A DNA stretch of 64,000 nt from an uncultured Spartobacteria bacterium (GCA_903847935.1 CAINEX010000095.1:2651-66650), one strand, 5' to 3'. Counted from the first letter of the stretch, positions 46,444 to 56,940 are shown. Program-made: numbers and translations. The notes: generated by a model not told the origin, from the letters alone.

Positions 46444-48245
46444 ATGGTAGCGGGTGATTCCATCCACCGGCCGTGCTCCTTGATGAGATCCACGAGACGC
46501 CCGACTGCTTCACCCTCAGGAATATTAAACTTCACGGCGGTCTTCCCGACGTAGAGGTTCACCTTGCCGGGAGCTCCGCCCACATAGCCGAAGTCGGCAT
46601 CGGCCATCTCGCCCGGGCCGTTGACGATGCAGCCCATGACAGCAATACGCACCCCCTTGAGGTGTGAGGTCGAGGCCTTGATCCGGGCCGTGGTCTCCTG
46701 AAGGTTGAAGAGAGTGCGTCCGCAGGAGGGACAGGCAACATAGTCTGTCTTGAAAATCCGGACACCCGAGGCTTGGAGGATATTGTAGACAAGGCGCAGG
46801 GACTGGCCGGGCGCCTTCTCGGATCGGAGGAGCACAGCATCGCCGATCCCGTCGCAGAGCAGGGATCCGAGAACAGTTGCCGAACCTAACAGATGGTCTA
46901 AGAATTCTCCTCCGCCAGTTGTGCCCAACGTATCCTTCAGCAGAATCGGATGACGTCCATCGATTCGTGAAGCAAGGAGCCGGAATGCGGCTATCGGAGA
47001 GAGGACAACACCGTCTCGAACGGTGACGAGTCTGGGTTCGGTGACAGCGTTTACCGCATCGGTTTCCTCTGGGGAGAGGGGATCGACCTCTACGAGCGGG
47101 AGATCCTCCAGAATTAACTCAGGCTTATAATCTCCGAGTCCGTCACGTTTGTGAGCCACCGCCTCATCCACCCGGCGAGGAACCACGACCCGGACAAGTT
47201 CACCACCACCGAGAGACACAGATCCCAAAATCCCGGAGAGCTCGATTCTCTCAGAGGCACGGCGAGCGTAGTCATAGGGATTCCAAGAAGGCTTCACACC
47301 ATCCAGGGGAGAGATTTCCCCAGAACGATTTGTAAATGGAGCGATCAGGGCGCGGGCCACTGGGATCTCATGGTGGCTATCCTCCGTCAGGGAGACACGA
47401 ATGGTATCACCGATGCCATCGGAGAGCAGCGATCCAATGCCAATGGCGCTCTTGATGCGCCCATCTTCGCCATCTCCCGCCTCGGTCACCCCCAGATGGA
47501 TAGGGTAGTTCCAGTCAGCGCCCTCGGCATTCATGCGGGCAACCAAAAGCCGGTAGGCCGAGATCATGACCTTGGGGTTGGAGGCCTTCATCGAAAAGAT
47601 CATCCGGTGAAAATCAAGATCCCGCGCAATCCGAGCGAACTCGAGCGCGCTCTCGACCATCCCGAGTGGTGAGTCCCCGAACCGGTTCATGATCCGGTCG
47701 CTAAGCGATCCATGATTCGTCCCGATACGAAGGGCAACTCCCCTCTCCTGGCAACGCATCACAAGGGGGGTGAAGCGCTCGCGAATCCTCTCCAATTCCG
47801 CCGCGTACTGCATGTCGCTGTAGTCGCGGACGTTGAACTTCTTGGAGTCGGCAAAGTTCCCCGGATTGATCCGGACCTTCTCGACCCACTGCGCCGCTTC
47901 GAGAGCAGCCTCGGGCTTGAAGTGGATGTCGGCAACCAGCGGAACGAGGCAACCCGCAGCGTTCAAACCAGCCCGGATCTGCTTGAGATTGGCCGCATCC
48001 TTGACTGTTGGCGCCGTGATCCTGACCATCTCGCAACCGACCTCGACCAGCCGCAGGGTTTCCTTCACGCAGGCCTCGGTATCCATCGTGTCACTCGTGA
48101 TCATCGACTGGACACGGATGGGATGGGATCCCCCGAATCCCAGCTTTCCCACCATCACTTCACGGCTTCTCCGACGCGTGCGGGAGAAAAGATCCGCCAC
48201 GTAGGTGAGCGGATACCGCGCCGCGGCACCACCCGCCACGCTCAT
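46434..48245 (-). CDS. ispG: 4-hydroxy-3-methylbut-2-enyl diphosphate synthase, long form with inserted domain
   Basis: 603 aa. N-terminal TIM barrel (IRVQSMITSDT, VRITAPT), a long insert, and a C-terminal 4Fe-4S domain (CPSCGRT...GCIVNGPGE). ATGA overlap with the rseP stop. Confidence 0.93.
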   Translation of the reverse strand: MSVAGGAAARYPLTYVADLFSRTRRRSREVMVGKLGFGGSHPIRVQSMITSDTMDTEACVKETLRLVEVGCEMVRITAPTVKDAANLKQIRAGLNAAGCLVPLVADIHFKPEAALEAAQWVEKVRINPGNFADSKKFNVRDYSDMQYAAELERIRERFTPLVMRCQERGVALRIGTNHGSLSDRIMNRFGDSPLGMVESALEFARIARDLDFHRMIFSMKASNPKVMISAYRLLVARMNAEGADWNYPIHLGVTEAGDGEDGRIKSAIGIGSLLSDGIGDTIRVSLTEDSHHEIPVARALIAPFTNRSGEISPLDGVKPSWNPYDYARRASERIELSGILGSVSLGGGELVRVVVPRRVDEAVAHKRDGLGDYKPELILEDLPLVEVDPLSPEETDAVNAVTEPRLVTVRDGVVLSPIAAFRLLASRIDGRHPILLKDTLGTTGGGEFLDHLLGSATVLGSLLCDGIGDAVLLRSEKAPGQSLRLVYNILQASGVRIFKTDYVACPSCGRTLFNLQETTARIKASTSHLKGVRIAVMGCIVNGPGEMADADFGYVGGAPGKVNLYVGKTAVKFNIPEGEAVGRLVDLIKEHGRWMESPATIQS

Positions 48246-49726
48246 GGCTTTGCTACGGGTGTGGCCGCCGGGCAGACTGGAGAGGACGATGGACTGAAGG
48301 TCATCGTCTCCGTGGACTTCTCCATCACGGTGGAGGACTTGTGCCCGGTCACGAGATCGCTGACATCAAAGAAGGAGATATAGAGCATCGTGCCGATCAG
48401 GAGCATCGCGAAGGCGGTCTGCACCACTTCGAGTGTCTTCTGATGGATCGGATGGCCGCAGGCCCACTCAATCAGTGCCAGCAGAATATGACCACCATCG
48501 AGCACAGGGAGGGGGAGAAGGTTCATGACGGCGAGATTCACATTCAGCACGACGCTGAACCAGAGGGCCAACTGCCATCCCATCGGACTCTCAAAGAGCA
48601 GGTAGTAAATCCTCATGATCCCGACAGGACCGCTGAGTTGCTGAACGCTGATTTCCGAATGGGGAGCCGTGACGGCGGAGATCGTCTCCCACATCGTGAG
48701 GATGCTCGACTTGATCTGAACGAAGGGATTCGGGTGGGTGAGGGTGACGATGCCGCGCTCGTCCCAGAAGATCCCGATCCGGGCCTGCTTCTGTCCGTCG
48801 GGGATGCGGGGAGTGACCGTAACAGTAAGTTCGCTCCCTCCCACACCGGCGTTGCTCCCCCTAAGAATCGTCAGCGCAACCGGTGCCCCCTTGGTGGCGT
48901 TCAAGATCTCTGCAAGGGCTGGCTGGCTGAGCAGCTTGCGCCCATTGGCCTCAATCACCAGATCACCGCTCCGGAGCCCTGCCTCCGCGGCCGGGCTATT
49001 GGCCGCGACTTTCGCGACCATGGGCGTCATGGCCGGCATAATCTGAATCTGCCTCAGGTTCTTACGCCCCCATCCCTTGTTTGGCTGAACCAAGGGCTCA
49101 ACCTCGACGATCTTCTCCACGCCATTGCGCTCGAAGCGGACGGGGATGACGGGTGATGAACTCACGGCCACATTCCAGGCGACGCTGTCGCCCATTCTGC
49201 CCATTCCATTGATCCGTTTCACGGGGTGACCGTTGACCGCAAGGATCCTGTCTCCTGGTAGCAGTCCGGCCTTGGCGGCAGGTCCCCCTTCGAGGACATA
49301 GCCGATCGTGTTCGTGGTCTCAGCCTGACTCACGGGACGCCCCACGAACCAGACCACGCAGGCAAAGAGAAACGCAAGTCCCAGGCTGGCCACGGGACCG
49401 GCCAGGGCCACGATGATCTTGTCGATCGGCCTGGCGGGAGGAAGATCGGCACCCTTTTCCGTGGTTTCGCCCTCCAATGCCTCCATGGGTCCGAGTTGGG
49501 GAATCGCGACGAAGCCTCCGGCAGGAATCGAGCCGAGCCGATACTCCACGCCACCCACGGTCTTCGACCAGAGGGGCTTGCCGAACCAGATCGCAAACTT
49601 CTCCACCTTCAACCCACACCAGCGGGCCGCCACAAAGTGTCCCAACTCATGGACGACGATGAGCAAATTAAAGAGGAGAATAACCTCCAGGAGGATTCCG
49701 ATGACTTTGAGGATGCCAAAAAACAT
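48242..49726 (-). CDS. rseP: RIP site-2 metalloprotease RseP (peptidase M50 with PDZ domains)
   Basis: 494 aa. HELGHFVAARW zinc motif, two PDZ-like regions (GLLPGDRILAVNG, GLRSGDLVIEANG), and NLLPLPVLDGGH. Confidence 0.9.
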   Translation of the reverse strand: MFFGILKVIGILLEVILLFNLLIVVHELGHFVAARWCGLKVEKFAIWFGKPLWSKTVGGVEYRLGSIPAGGFVAIPQLGPMEALEGETTEKGADLPPARPIDKIIVALAGPVASLGLAFLFACVVWFVGRPVSQAETTNTIGYVLEGGPAAKAGLLPGDRILAVNGHPVKRINGMGRMGDSVAWNVAVSSSPVIPVRFERNGVEKIVEVEPLVQPNKGWGRKNLRQIQIMPAMTPMVAKVAANSPAAEAGLRSGDLVIEANGRKLLSQPALAEILNATKGAPVALTILRGSNAGVGGSELTVTVTPRIPDGQKQARIGIFWDERGIVTLTHPNPFVQIKSSILTMWETISAVTAPHSEISVQQLSGPVGIMRIYYLLFESPMGWQLALWFSVVLNVNLAVMNLLPLPVLDGGHILLALIEWACGHPIHQKTLEVVQTAFAMLLIGTMLYISFFDVSDLVTGHKSSTVMEKSTETMTFSPSSSPVCPAATPVAKP

Positions 49727-49877
49727 GAATCGGAAGCCTCGCCTGCGTGGACAGAAAAATCAACCGCGCAGAGGCCCTTCTTTTGTGATTGTCGGTTTTG
49801 CCGGAATAGGTCCGGTAGCAACCTGCGGGAAATTCTTTTGCGGGACGGATGATACGCTGCCACATTATACTCCCACA

Positions 49878-50996
49878 ATGGATCTTAAAGCCTATCCGGG
49901 AGACAGGCTCAACTCAAGGCGCGAGGGGATAGGGTTCGGTTCCCTAAAGCGTTTACTGCTGGCATGCACAGCACTGCTCTTGCTCACGACCACTGGGAAG
50001 GCAGTCTCTGAGAAGGAACTCGCAGAGCGATTTGCCACTGAAACCGTTCCATTCTCCCGTTTTCTGGATACCGGGGAACGCTTCACCTTTCAGAGCGCCG
50101 ACGCCATACACCGCCTCAGCGGAGTCAAGTTCCTCCTGCCTCCCTCACAATCAAAAGGGGTGATCCTGATCGTGAATGGCCGTTCGGAATCGTGGCAAAA
50201 GTACGGGGAACTGATCAGTGACCTCTGCAGTCAGGGTTACAGCGTCGTAACTTATGACCATCGGGGTCAGGGCCTCTCTCCACGCCTCATCAAAGGGAAT
50301 CCCCAAGTCGGGACTATCGATGATTTCGATCTCTATGCGGAGGATCTGAATGCATGCATTCAACGGATCATCCTCCCGTTGCGTCGTGAGTACCCGCAAT
50401 TGTTCGTTATTGCCCACTCGATGGGTGCTGCCGTTGCGTCGGCTCAAATGGAGAACCATCCCTCACCCTTCCGAGCAGCCGCTTTCATCGCACCGATGTT
50501 TGAGATCAACACCAGCCCGTATCCGAGAGGACTAGCACATGCCATCGCGGGCACGCTCCGGATGTTGGGTCAGGGAAGTCGATACGCCCCCGGAGAACAT
50601 GACTTCGATCCGAAGGCCGACTTCGCAAGCAATAAGATCACCGGAAGCAATCTACGGTGGAAGCTCATGAATCGCGGCAAACTCCTGCATCCCGCCTCGA
50701 TTACCAGCGGCGCCTCCATCGATTGGGTCGATGCCACCCTCACCAGCACGCCTAAGATTCTGAACGGCTTGGGCAGGATCCGGACACCGATACTGATACT
50801 GCAGGCCGGTAACGACCAGTTGGTGAGAAACGAATCCATCAAGGAGGCGGCAACCGGGATTTCGGATTGCTCGCTCATCAACTTTCCGGACTCCAAACAC
50901 GAGATCCTGATGGAGAGCGATCCAATCCGTAAGGGGGCTCTTCGGGCAATTGAGCGTTTTTTTACGGCTCACGCCCTCTCCAAGCCGGGCGACTAG
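49878..50996 (+). CDS. alpha/beta hydrolase, lysophospholipase/monoacylglycerol lipase-like
   Basis: The track ORF (49413-) runs antisense through rseP, so I trimmed it to the ATG at 49878. Signal/TM LLLACTALLLLTT, YDHRGQG, nucleophile elbow AHSMGAA, and a late D..H (DSKHEIL). Confidence 0.75.
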   Translation: MDLKAYPGDRLNSRREGIGFGSLKRLLLACTALLLLTTTGKAVSEKELAERFATETVPFSRFLDTGERFTFQSADAIHRLSGVKFLLPPSQSKGVILIVNGRSESWQKYGELISDLCSQGYSVVTYDHRGQGLSPRLIKGNPQVGTIDDFDLYAEDLNACIQRIILPLRREYPQLFVIAHSMGAAVASAQMENHPSPFRAAAFIAPMFEINTSPYPRGLAHAIAGTLRMLGQGSRYAPGEHDFDPKADFASNKITGSNLRWKLMNRGKLLHPASITSGASIDWVDATLTSTPKILNGLGRIRTPILILQAGNDQLVRNESIKEAATGISDCSLINFPDSKHEILMESDPIRKGALRAIERFFTAHALSKPGD

Positions 50997-51039
50997 AAAA
51001 CTGATGCTACCATTGTCTTTTCCGGACTGAAAAAACCCC

Positions 51040-51294
51040 TCAATCGTTCCCCCAACGCCAGCGGGGTGTTTCCCCCTTCCAGAAACAGATTGTGATCAGG
51101 AGCGCTAACAGCAATCCCAGGGCGACCGCAAAGGCAACTGGGTGCATAGGCATCAGCGTAAACGACCCGCTAATCAGGAGAAGGAGCCAAGTCGCTACCA
51201 CTGCCCATCCTTGCCAAGCACAAGGCAATCCCCACCCCCATCCATAACGCTTGGCCGGAAACCAGATTTTTTTGTTCTTATATGCCTCGCTCAT
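51040..51294 (-). CDS. small membrane protein (84 aa)
   Basis: AGGGAGAAC immediately precedes the ATG. KRYGWGWGLPCAWQGW, then two TM helices. No family assigned. Confidence 0.5.
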   Translation of the reverse strand: MSEAYKNKKIWFPAKRYGWGWGLPCAWQGWAVVATWLLLLISGSFTLMPMHPVAFAVALGLLLALLITICFWKGETPRWRWGND

Positions 51295-51592
51295 GTTCTC
51301 CCTGGAGGGCTTGGAGATATGTGATTACTCAGGACTGGCAGTCTAAACTGCTTCAGCCCATATTACTCTCCTTGTTCCAAGGAAGGAGGAGAGAGATGCC
51401 CCGCGATGCCGTTAGGTCGCGATCCCGTTCCCAATATAGGTTAAGGGTGGAGATCTACGTGCGGATCGCTGACGTCCAGTGAAGGCCTGTCATTGTTCCG
51501 CCCGATCAACCTCCGGTTTGATCACATCGGATCGGGAGCATACAGACCGAATCCCGAACACCGCAGGGCAAATTCAAAAATGTCTCAGAACG

Positions 51593-53959
51593 TCAGCCGC
51601 GGATTTCGGCTCCTGCCGCTTCCCGAAGCCGGGCAACGATGCGTGTGAGCGCGTCGTTCACCTCTACTGCCGTCAAGGTTCGGTCGGGATGCAGAAAAGT
51701 CAAGGCGATGGCGAGCGATTTTTTACCTGCGGGAACCTTCTCCCCCTTGGGATCGCTGAAGACGTCGAAAGGTGTAATCCCTGAGAGGAGTTCCTCCTTG
51801 GCCCCGAGGACGGCATGCTCGACAGCTGAGTAGGAAATGGAGGTGTCCAGCAGGAGGGCCAGGTCACGGCGGACTGCGGGGAATTTCGGCAGGGCACCGA
51901 AGCGGGAGGCTTCCTTGAAGGCTGTCCCGACAGCCTCCTGAAGAAGGGCCAGATCGAGTTCGGCGACGACCAGGCCACCCTGATGACCGCCGACGGTCGC
52001 TTCACGGGTGTCGGCGAGTGAGAGCAGTCCGAGGATTCCGGCGGGTTTGCCGGCGATCACGATCTCCAGCGCCAGCGGAAGGCGGGCATGAGTTGCGGGG
52101 CGGAAGGTGATCTCACGGGTGCAGTCACCGAGGGCTTCCAAAATCCCCTTGAGGTCGAAGAGGTCGAGCGGACGCGATCCCTCGCCGCGCCAGTTCTCGG
52201 GCAGCGAGCGTCCGGTGAGAAGGAATCCGGCGAAGGTTCGCTCCTGCGGCTCTTCCTGCCGATAGACACGGCCGATCTCAAACAACCGGACGGCGGTCGC
52301 CCCATGACGGAGGTTCCGGGTCACGGCCTCAAGCAGTCCGGGAATCAAGCTGGCTCGCAGGGTGGAGTGCTCCTCCCCCATGGGATTTCGGACGGTAACG
52401 ACGGCACCCGTGGAAAAGTCGGCTTGGCGAAGGCTGCCGGTCAACGTCCCGGAACGGGCCTCATGGAATCCCATGCCGGCAAGGCGACGGCGGAGTCCAC
52501 GAGCAAAGTCATAGGACCGATCGGCCTCGCTGGAGTGAGACGGGATGCCCCGGACCAGGGAGGGGATGTTCCCGATGCCTTGCAGTCGCGCGACCTCCTC
52601 GATGAGGTCAATCTCGCGGGTCAGATCATTGCGCCACGAGGGAATCTCGAATCCAGCCTCCACCTTTTTCAGACCAAGCTTTGTGAGCAGGGTTTCTATC
52701 GCCGTATCGTCGATGGTTATGCCAAGGAGCGAGCGGACGCTGTCACCGCGTAGCGCAAGAATCCGGGAGGCATTCGGTGATCCTGCAATGATAAGTTCGG
52801 GAGCAGGTGTTCCCCCGGCAAGCTCAACGATAAGCGCGGTTGCGCGAGTCGAGGCGTCAAGCGCTCCCCGCGCATCGACACCTCGTTCAAAGCGGTAGCT
52901 GGAGTCCGTTGAGATCCCGAGATTACGGATAGAACGACGGATCACGGACGGCTCAAAGACCGCACTCTCGAGCAGAAGGGAGATCGTGGATTCGGAGACG
53001 CCGCTTACAATACCACCCGTGATGCCGGCCACTGCTTGAGCCCCCTTTGTGTCGGCAATCACAGGGTCCTTAACGGAAAGCGTGTATTCCTTCCCATCGA
53101 GGGCGGTGAAGGATTCCCCATGGTTTGCAAAGCGGACGGTCAGTGCACCATCGATCTTGGCGGCGTCAAAAGCGTGAAGCGGTTGGGCCGTCTCGAGCAT
53201 TACGAAATTCGTGACATCGACGATGTTGTTGATGGAACGAAGCCCAACCGACTCAAGACGCTTGCGAAGCCACTCGGGACTCGTCCCGACCTTCACCCCA
53301 TCGATCCGACGGATACTGTAGAGGGAGGCCGCTTCAGGAGCCGAGATAGATGCCACTGCCGGATTTTCCTTGGCTGCAACCGGTGGCGACGTGATACCGA
53401 TCAGCTCTCCGCAGCCGAAGGCCGCCGCCTCTCGGGCCACTCCATGATGACCAAGCCAGTCGGGACGGTTCGGGGTGATCTCGATCTCGAAGACCTCCTC
53501 TGCGGGAAAGAGTTCCGAAAGAGGGGTTCCGACCCGCGTCTCGGGGGACAGGATGAGCAGTCCATCGGCTCCCTCGCCGAGGCCGAGCTCCTTCGAACTG
53601 CACATCATCCCCTCGCTCTCGACGCCGCGGAGCTTGCCGACCTTGATCTTGAAATCGCCGGGCATGACCGCGCCGGGTTGGGCGAGCGGGACAATGTCGC
53701 CGACTTTATAATTCTTCGCTCCACAGACGATCTGGCGCGGCGCACCACTGCCATCATCGACCTTGCAGACGCTGAGGCGGTCGGCGTTCGGGTGCTGGAC
53801 CGATTCCAGAATCCGAGCGGCCACGACCTTCGGGATGGCGACACCGGTCGATTCGATCGCGCCGACCTCGAGTCCCGCATCGGTCAGGATACGGGCGATC
53901 TCGGAGGCGCTCTTGTCGGTACGCAGGTGCTCGCGGAGCCAGGAGAGGGAGATCTTCAT
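51593..53959 (-). CDS. pheT: phenylalanine--tRNA ligase beta subunit
   Basis: 788 aa. MKISLSWLREHL start, with tRNA-binding, B3/4, B5 and FDX-ACB domains recognisable. ATGA overlap with the pheS stop. Confidence 0.96.
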   Translation of the reverse strand: MKISLSWLREHLRTDKSASEIARILTDAGLEVGAIESTGVAIPKVVAARILESVQHPNADRLSVCKVDDGSGAPRQIVCGAKNYKVGDIVPLAQPGAVMPGDFKIKVGKLRGVESEGMMCSSKELGLGEGADGLLILSPETRVGTPLSELFPAEEVFEIEITPNRPDWLGHHGVAREAAAFGCGELIGITSPPVAAKENPAVASISAPEAASLYSIRRIDGVKVGTSPEWLRKRLESVGLRSINNIVDVTNFVMLETAQPLHAFDAAKIDGALTVRFANHGESFTALDGKEYTLSVKDPVIADTKGAQAVAGITGGIVSGVSESTISLLLESAVFEPSVIRRSIRNLGISTDSSYRFERGVDARGALDASTRATALIVELAGGTPAPELIIAGSPNASRILALRGDSVRSLLGITIDDTAIETLLTKLGLKKVEAGFEIPSWRNDLTREIDLIEEVARLQGIGNIPSLVRGIPSHSSEADRSYDFARGLRRRLAGMGFHEARSGTLTGSLRQADFSTGAVVTVRNPMGEEHSTLRASLIPGLLEAVTRNLRHGATAVRLFEIGRVYRQEEPQERTFAGFLLTGRSLPENWRGEGSRPLDLFDLKGILEALGDCTREITFRPATHARLPLALEIVIAGKPAGILGLLSLADTREATVGGHQGGLVVAELDLALLQEAVGTAFKEASRFGALPKFPAVRRDLALLLDTSISYSAVEHAVLGAKEELLSGITPFDVFSDPKGEKVPAGKKSLAIALTFLHPDRTLTAVEVNDALTRIVARLREAAGAEIRG

Positions 53960-54990
53960 GCCGTGAAGCGGGAAAGGAACCGGAGGTCGTTCTCGGTGAG
54001 CATCCTGATATCGGGAACTCCGGTGAGGTTCATGGCAAGGCGGTCGAGGCCAAAGCCGAACGCGAAGCCGCTCACCTTCTCCGAATCGTAGACGGAATCG
54101 CCACGTTTTTTATTCACTTCCTCGAAGACGGCGGGATCGACCATGCCGCATCCGGCAAGCTCCATCCACTTGCCACCCAGTGCCTCGGTGCGGAGATCAA
54201 TCTCGTAGCTCGGTTCGGTGAAAGGGAAGAAATGGGGACGGAAGCGGATTTCTGTTCCGGGCCCGAAAAGTTCGAGGAAGAAGAATTCGATCGTTCCTTT
54301 GAGATCAGCCAGGCTGACACCGGGAGCGACATAGAGTCCCTCCATCTGGGTGAACTGAGCGAGATGCGTGGCATCGACCTCATCCCTGCGGTAGGCAGCT
54401 CCGGGGGCAATGATTCGGATCGGCGGTGGGTTCGCCACCATCGTGCGGATCTGGATCGAGGAGGTATGGGTGCGCAGCAGCCTTCCATCCGGAAGATAAA
54501 AGGTATCCTGCTCATTGCGGGCAGGATGATCGGCAGGGGTGTTCAGGGCATCAAAGCAGTGCCACTCCGTCTCGATGTCGGGACCGTCGGCAATCGAAAA
54601 GCCGAGTCGTCGGAAAATCTGGACCGCCCGGTCGACCAGCAGGGTCAGTGGGTGGAGCGACCCGACCTCGGGCCCGGTACCGGGAAGAGAGAGGTCGATC
54701 AAGGCCAAGGCGGCGGCATCGGCCTGGGCGGTGAGGGCAGACTCCTTGGAGTCGAGGGCTGTCGTCACAGCATCGCGCAATTCGTTCAGGAGCTTCCCCA
54801 TCACGGGACGCTCTTCCTTGGACAGGTTACGCATCCCTTCGCTCAGTAAAGAGACCGAACCGGTCTTGCCGAGAAAGCGAATACGTGCTTCCTTCAGGCC
54901 CACCGCATCGGACGCCTCCGCAACCGCGGAGAGCGCCTCGATACGGAGACTCTCGATACGGACTCCAAGCTGTGCGAGCTGATTTTCCAC
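53956..54990 (-). CDS. pheS: phenylalanine--tRNA ligase alpha subunit
   Basis: 344 aa. Class II motifs HPARNEQDTFY, FRPHFFPFTEPS and GFAFGFGLDRLAM. Confidence 0.96.
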   Translation of the reverse strand: MENQLAQLGVRIESLRIEALSAVAEASDAVGLKEARIRFLGKTGSVSLLSEGMRNLSKEERPVMGKLLNELRDAVTTALDSKESALTAQADAAALALIDLSLPGTGPEVGSLHPLTLLVDRAVQIFRRLGFSIADGPDIETEWHCFDALNTPADHPARNEQDTFYLPDGRLLRTHTSSIQIRTMVANPPPIRIIAPGAAYRRDEVDATHLAQFTQMEGLYVAPGVSLADLKGTIEFFFLELFGPGTEIRFRPHFFPFTEPSYEIDLRTEALGGKWMELAGCGMVDPAVFEEVNKKRGDSVYDSEKVSGFAFGFGLDRLAMNLTGVPDIRMLTENDLRFLSRFTA

Positions 54991-55022
54991 GGAACGTTCC
55001 GGGGGAAAGCCCGACAGTCAGC

Positions 55023-55421
55023 TTAAGCCGCTTTGGCCACCGAAGCCTTGGGAGACTTGGGCTTTGCCTCGAGGGCGGACTTCGCCTTGGCAACGATCTG
55101 GGCAAATGCACCCTCGTCCTGAATCGCTATGTCCGAGAGGACTTTGCGATCGAGAAGAATATTGGCGGCCTTGAGACCTTCGATAAAGCGGTTGTAGCTC
55201 ATGCCGTGCGTGCGGACAGCGGCATTGAGACGGACGATCCAGAGGGAGCGGACATTCCTCTTGCGAGCCTTACGATCCCGGTAAGCCCAATACTTGCCCT
55301 TCATCCGGGCATCCTTCGCGTAACGGAAGAGTTTGGAACGGCGGCCGCGGTATCCCTTGGCCTCTACGATAACCCGCTTGCGACGTGCGCGACTTGCGGG
55401 AGAATTGGTTGCTCTTGGCAT
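55023..55421 (-). CDS. rplT: 50S ribosomal protein L20
   Basis: 132 aa. MPRATNSPASRARRKRV...GYRGRRSKLFR is a canonical L20. Confidence 0.96.
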   Translation of the reverse strand: MPRATNSPASRARRKRVIVEAKGYRGRRSKLFRYAKDARMKGKYWAYRDRKARKRNVRSLWIVRLNAAVRTHGMSYNRFIEGLKAANILLDRKVLSDIAIQDEGAFAQIVAKAKSALEAKPKSPKASVAKAA

Positions 55422-55429
55422 CTTTCATT

Positions 55430-55451
55430 CCCGACGCTGTGACACGTCGGG
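55430..55451 (-). promoter_or_regulatory. stable hairpin 8 nt upstream of the rplT start codon
   Basis: CCCGACG-N8-CGTCGGG (7-bp GC-rich stem) lies within the unusually long 132-nt rpmI-rplT spacer. It is positioned to occlude the rplT ribosome-binding region. Confidence 0.35.
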
Positions 55452-55553
55452 CCTCTTCGGGCAGGCTGTTTGTTTTATGTCGATCCGGGATCTCACCCGC
55501 CCGGGTAGACCGGGAAACTCCCGGCCAGATCCACGGATCGTATTGATGGTTTT

Positions 55554-55769
55554 CTACCTGAGGCCTGTTGGCAGGTTCAGTTTGACCCGACTCACGTCGG
55601 AGTCATGGACTAAGACCTGTTTGCCGAGCTTGCGCTTGCTCTTGGAGCTTTTGCACTCAAGCAAGTGACGGCGCCCGGCTTTCGAACGAACGACCTTGCC
55701 CGTGGCCGTTATTTTAAAACGTTTGGCCACGGATTTTTTGGTTTTGCTGCGGGCGATTGCTTTTGGCAT
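55554..55769 (-). CDS. rpmI: 50S ribosomal protein L35
   Basis: 71 aa. MPKAIARSKTKKSVAKRFKITATGKV is a canonical L35. Confidence 0.93.
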   Translation of the reverse strand: MPKAIARSKTKKSVAKRFKITATGKVVRSKAGRRHLLECKSSKSKRKLGKQVLVHDSDVSRVKLNLPTGLR

Positions 55770-55928
55770 GGGGCGTGGACAATTACAGAGTTACGCTCTC
55801 TTGGCAACAGGTAAGTGAGTAAAAAAGGTTTTTTTATGCCGAATGGAGGGATAACTTTGTGTAGCCATTGGACCCCAATGGACCGACTAGCCCTCACTTC
55901 CACCTCTCACAATCGATCCCTCTCAAGC

Positions 55929-56930
55929 CTATCGCTCTTTTGAGGAGGGTGATGCGGACGGCAGTTCTCCCTGCTGGGGCTTGGGAGCCCGGGGCCTCTT
56001 GCGTTGCGGGGGCGTCGGCATCGGGATCGGTTCGTTCCCTCCCGCTGCGGTGAGAGCCATCATCTCCTCGGCGGCCGTGCAGGTACGGGCGGAGACGATG
56101 CCGTAAACCGCCTTGCCGTTGCCCGAGGTAAATCCGTCGTAGTTATTGATGCTGGAGACCTGAGCCACCACATTGCCGGCGGCATCCGTGACAGCCCCTC
56201 CGCTGGACCCGGGACAATACTCTGCCGTCACCTCGACATGGAGTGCTGGCTGATGCTTGTCATCATAACGGTCACGGCTGATCCGAGCGACCTGTCCCGA
56301 GGTGAACATGTAGGCAAATCCATCCGGATGGCTCATGCACCAGACCTGTTCTCCGGGCAGAACGCCCCCTCTCAGCGGCAGTGCCGGAAGGTTGAGGCCG
56401 GGAGCACTGACCAGTGCGGTGTCAGCACGATCGCTGGCGGCGAGGATCTCAGTGATCGGGTAAACCTTTCCCTCCTCCGTGATCGCCACGGCCTGGGCAT
56501 CGCGCATCATCCCGGAATCGATCGTCATGACGTGCAGCGACGTGGAAATAATACCGGGCGCGACCGCAAAACCTGTGGCGCCGATCATGAAATGCCACTT
56601 GCGGGAGTGAGGTTCCTGATACCGGAGTCCCATGGCCACGGTGCTGTGCCGAAGCACATCAGCCAGCTCGGTAGGGGAGAGAGGTCGGGTTGAAACGGGC
56701 GCAATCGGTGTCACTGGGTGACTCTTGGGCGCGGTTTTTGCGAGATCGGAGTAGTTCTTGAGGAGCCCTTCTTTGGCGAGTTGATCGACCTTTTTGCCGG
56801 CATCTTTCTCGAAGTTCTCGTCATCGACAATGTAGCGACGATCCTTATCGGGGGGTTGGCCGGTAGTCGCTGTCTGATCTTGGGCAATCAGTCCTGCACA
56901 GAGCAGGAGAAAAAGGGCCAACGGCTTCAC
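55929..56930 (-). CDS. secreted trypsin-like serine peptidase (S1 family)
   Basis: Start set to GTG 56930 (VKPLALFLLLCAGLIAQ signal), which avoids overlap with mqnC. Catalytic His region TSLHVM, catalytic Ser block CPGSSGGAV. Confidence 0.72.
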   Translation of the reverse strand: MKPLALFLLLCAGLIAQDQTATTGQPPDKDRRYIVDDENFEKDAGKKVDQLAKEGLLKNYSDLAKTAPKSHPVTPIAPVSTRPLSPTELADVLRHSTVAMGLRYQEPHSRKWHFMIGATGFAVAPGIISTSLHVMTIDSGMMRDAQAVAITEEGKVYPITEILAASDRADTALVSAPGLNLPALPLRGGVLPGEQVWCMSHPDGFAYMFTSGQVARISRDRYDDKHQPALHVEVTAEYCPGSSGGAVTDAAGNVVAQVSSINNYDGFTSGNGKAVYGIVSARTCTAAEEMMALTAAGGNEPIPMPTPPQRKRPRAPKPQQGELPSASPSSKER

Positions 56931-56940
56931 GGGTGGCTGA

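Noticed and set aside
49413-49877. The first 155 codons of the 527-aa + strand ORF that leads into the alpha/beta hydrolase.
   Set aside because: This part runs antisense through the 5' half of rseP and is Arg/Pro-rich. The hydrolase's signal/TM segment follows the ATG at 49878, so the gene is trimmed to that start.
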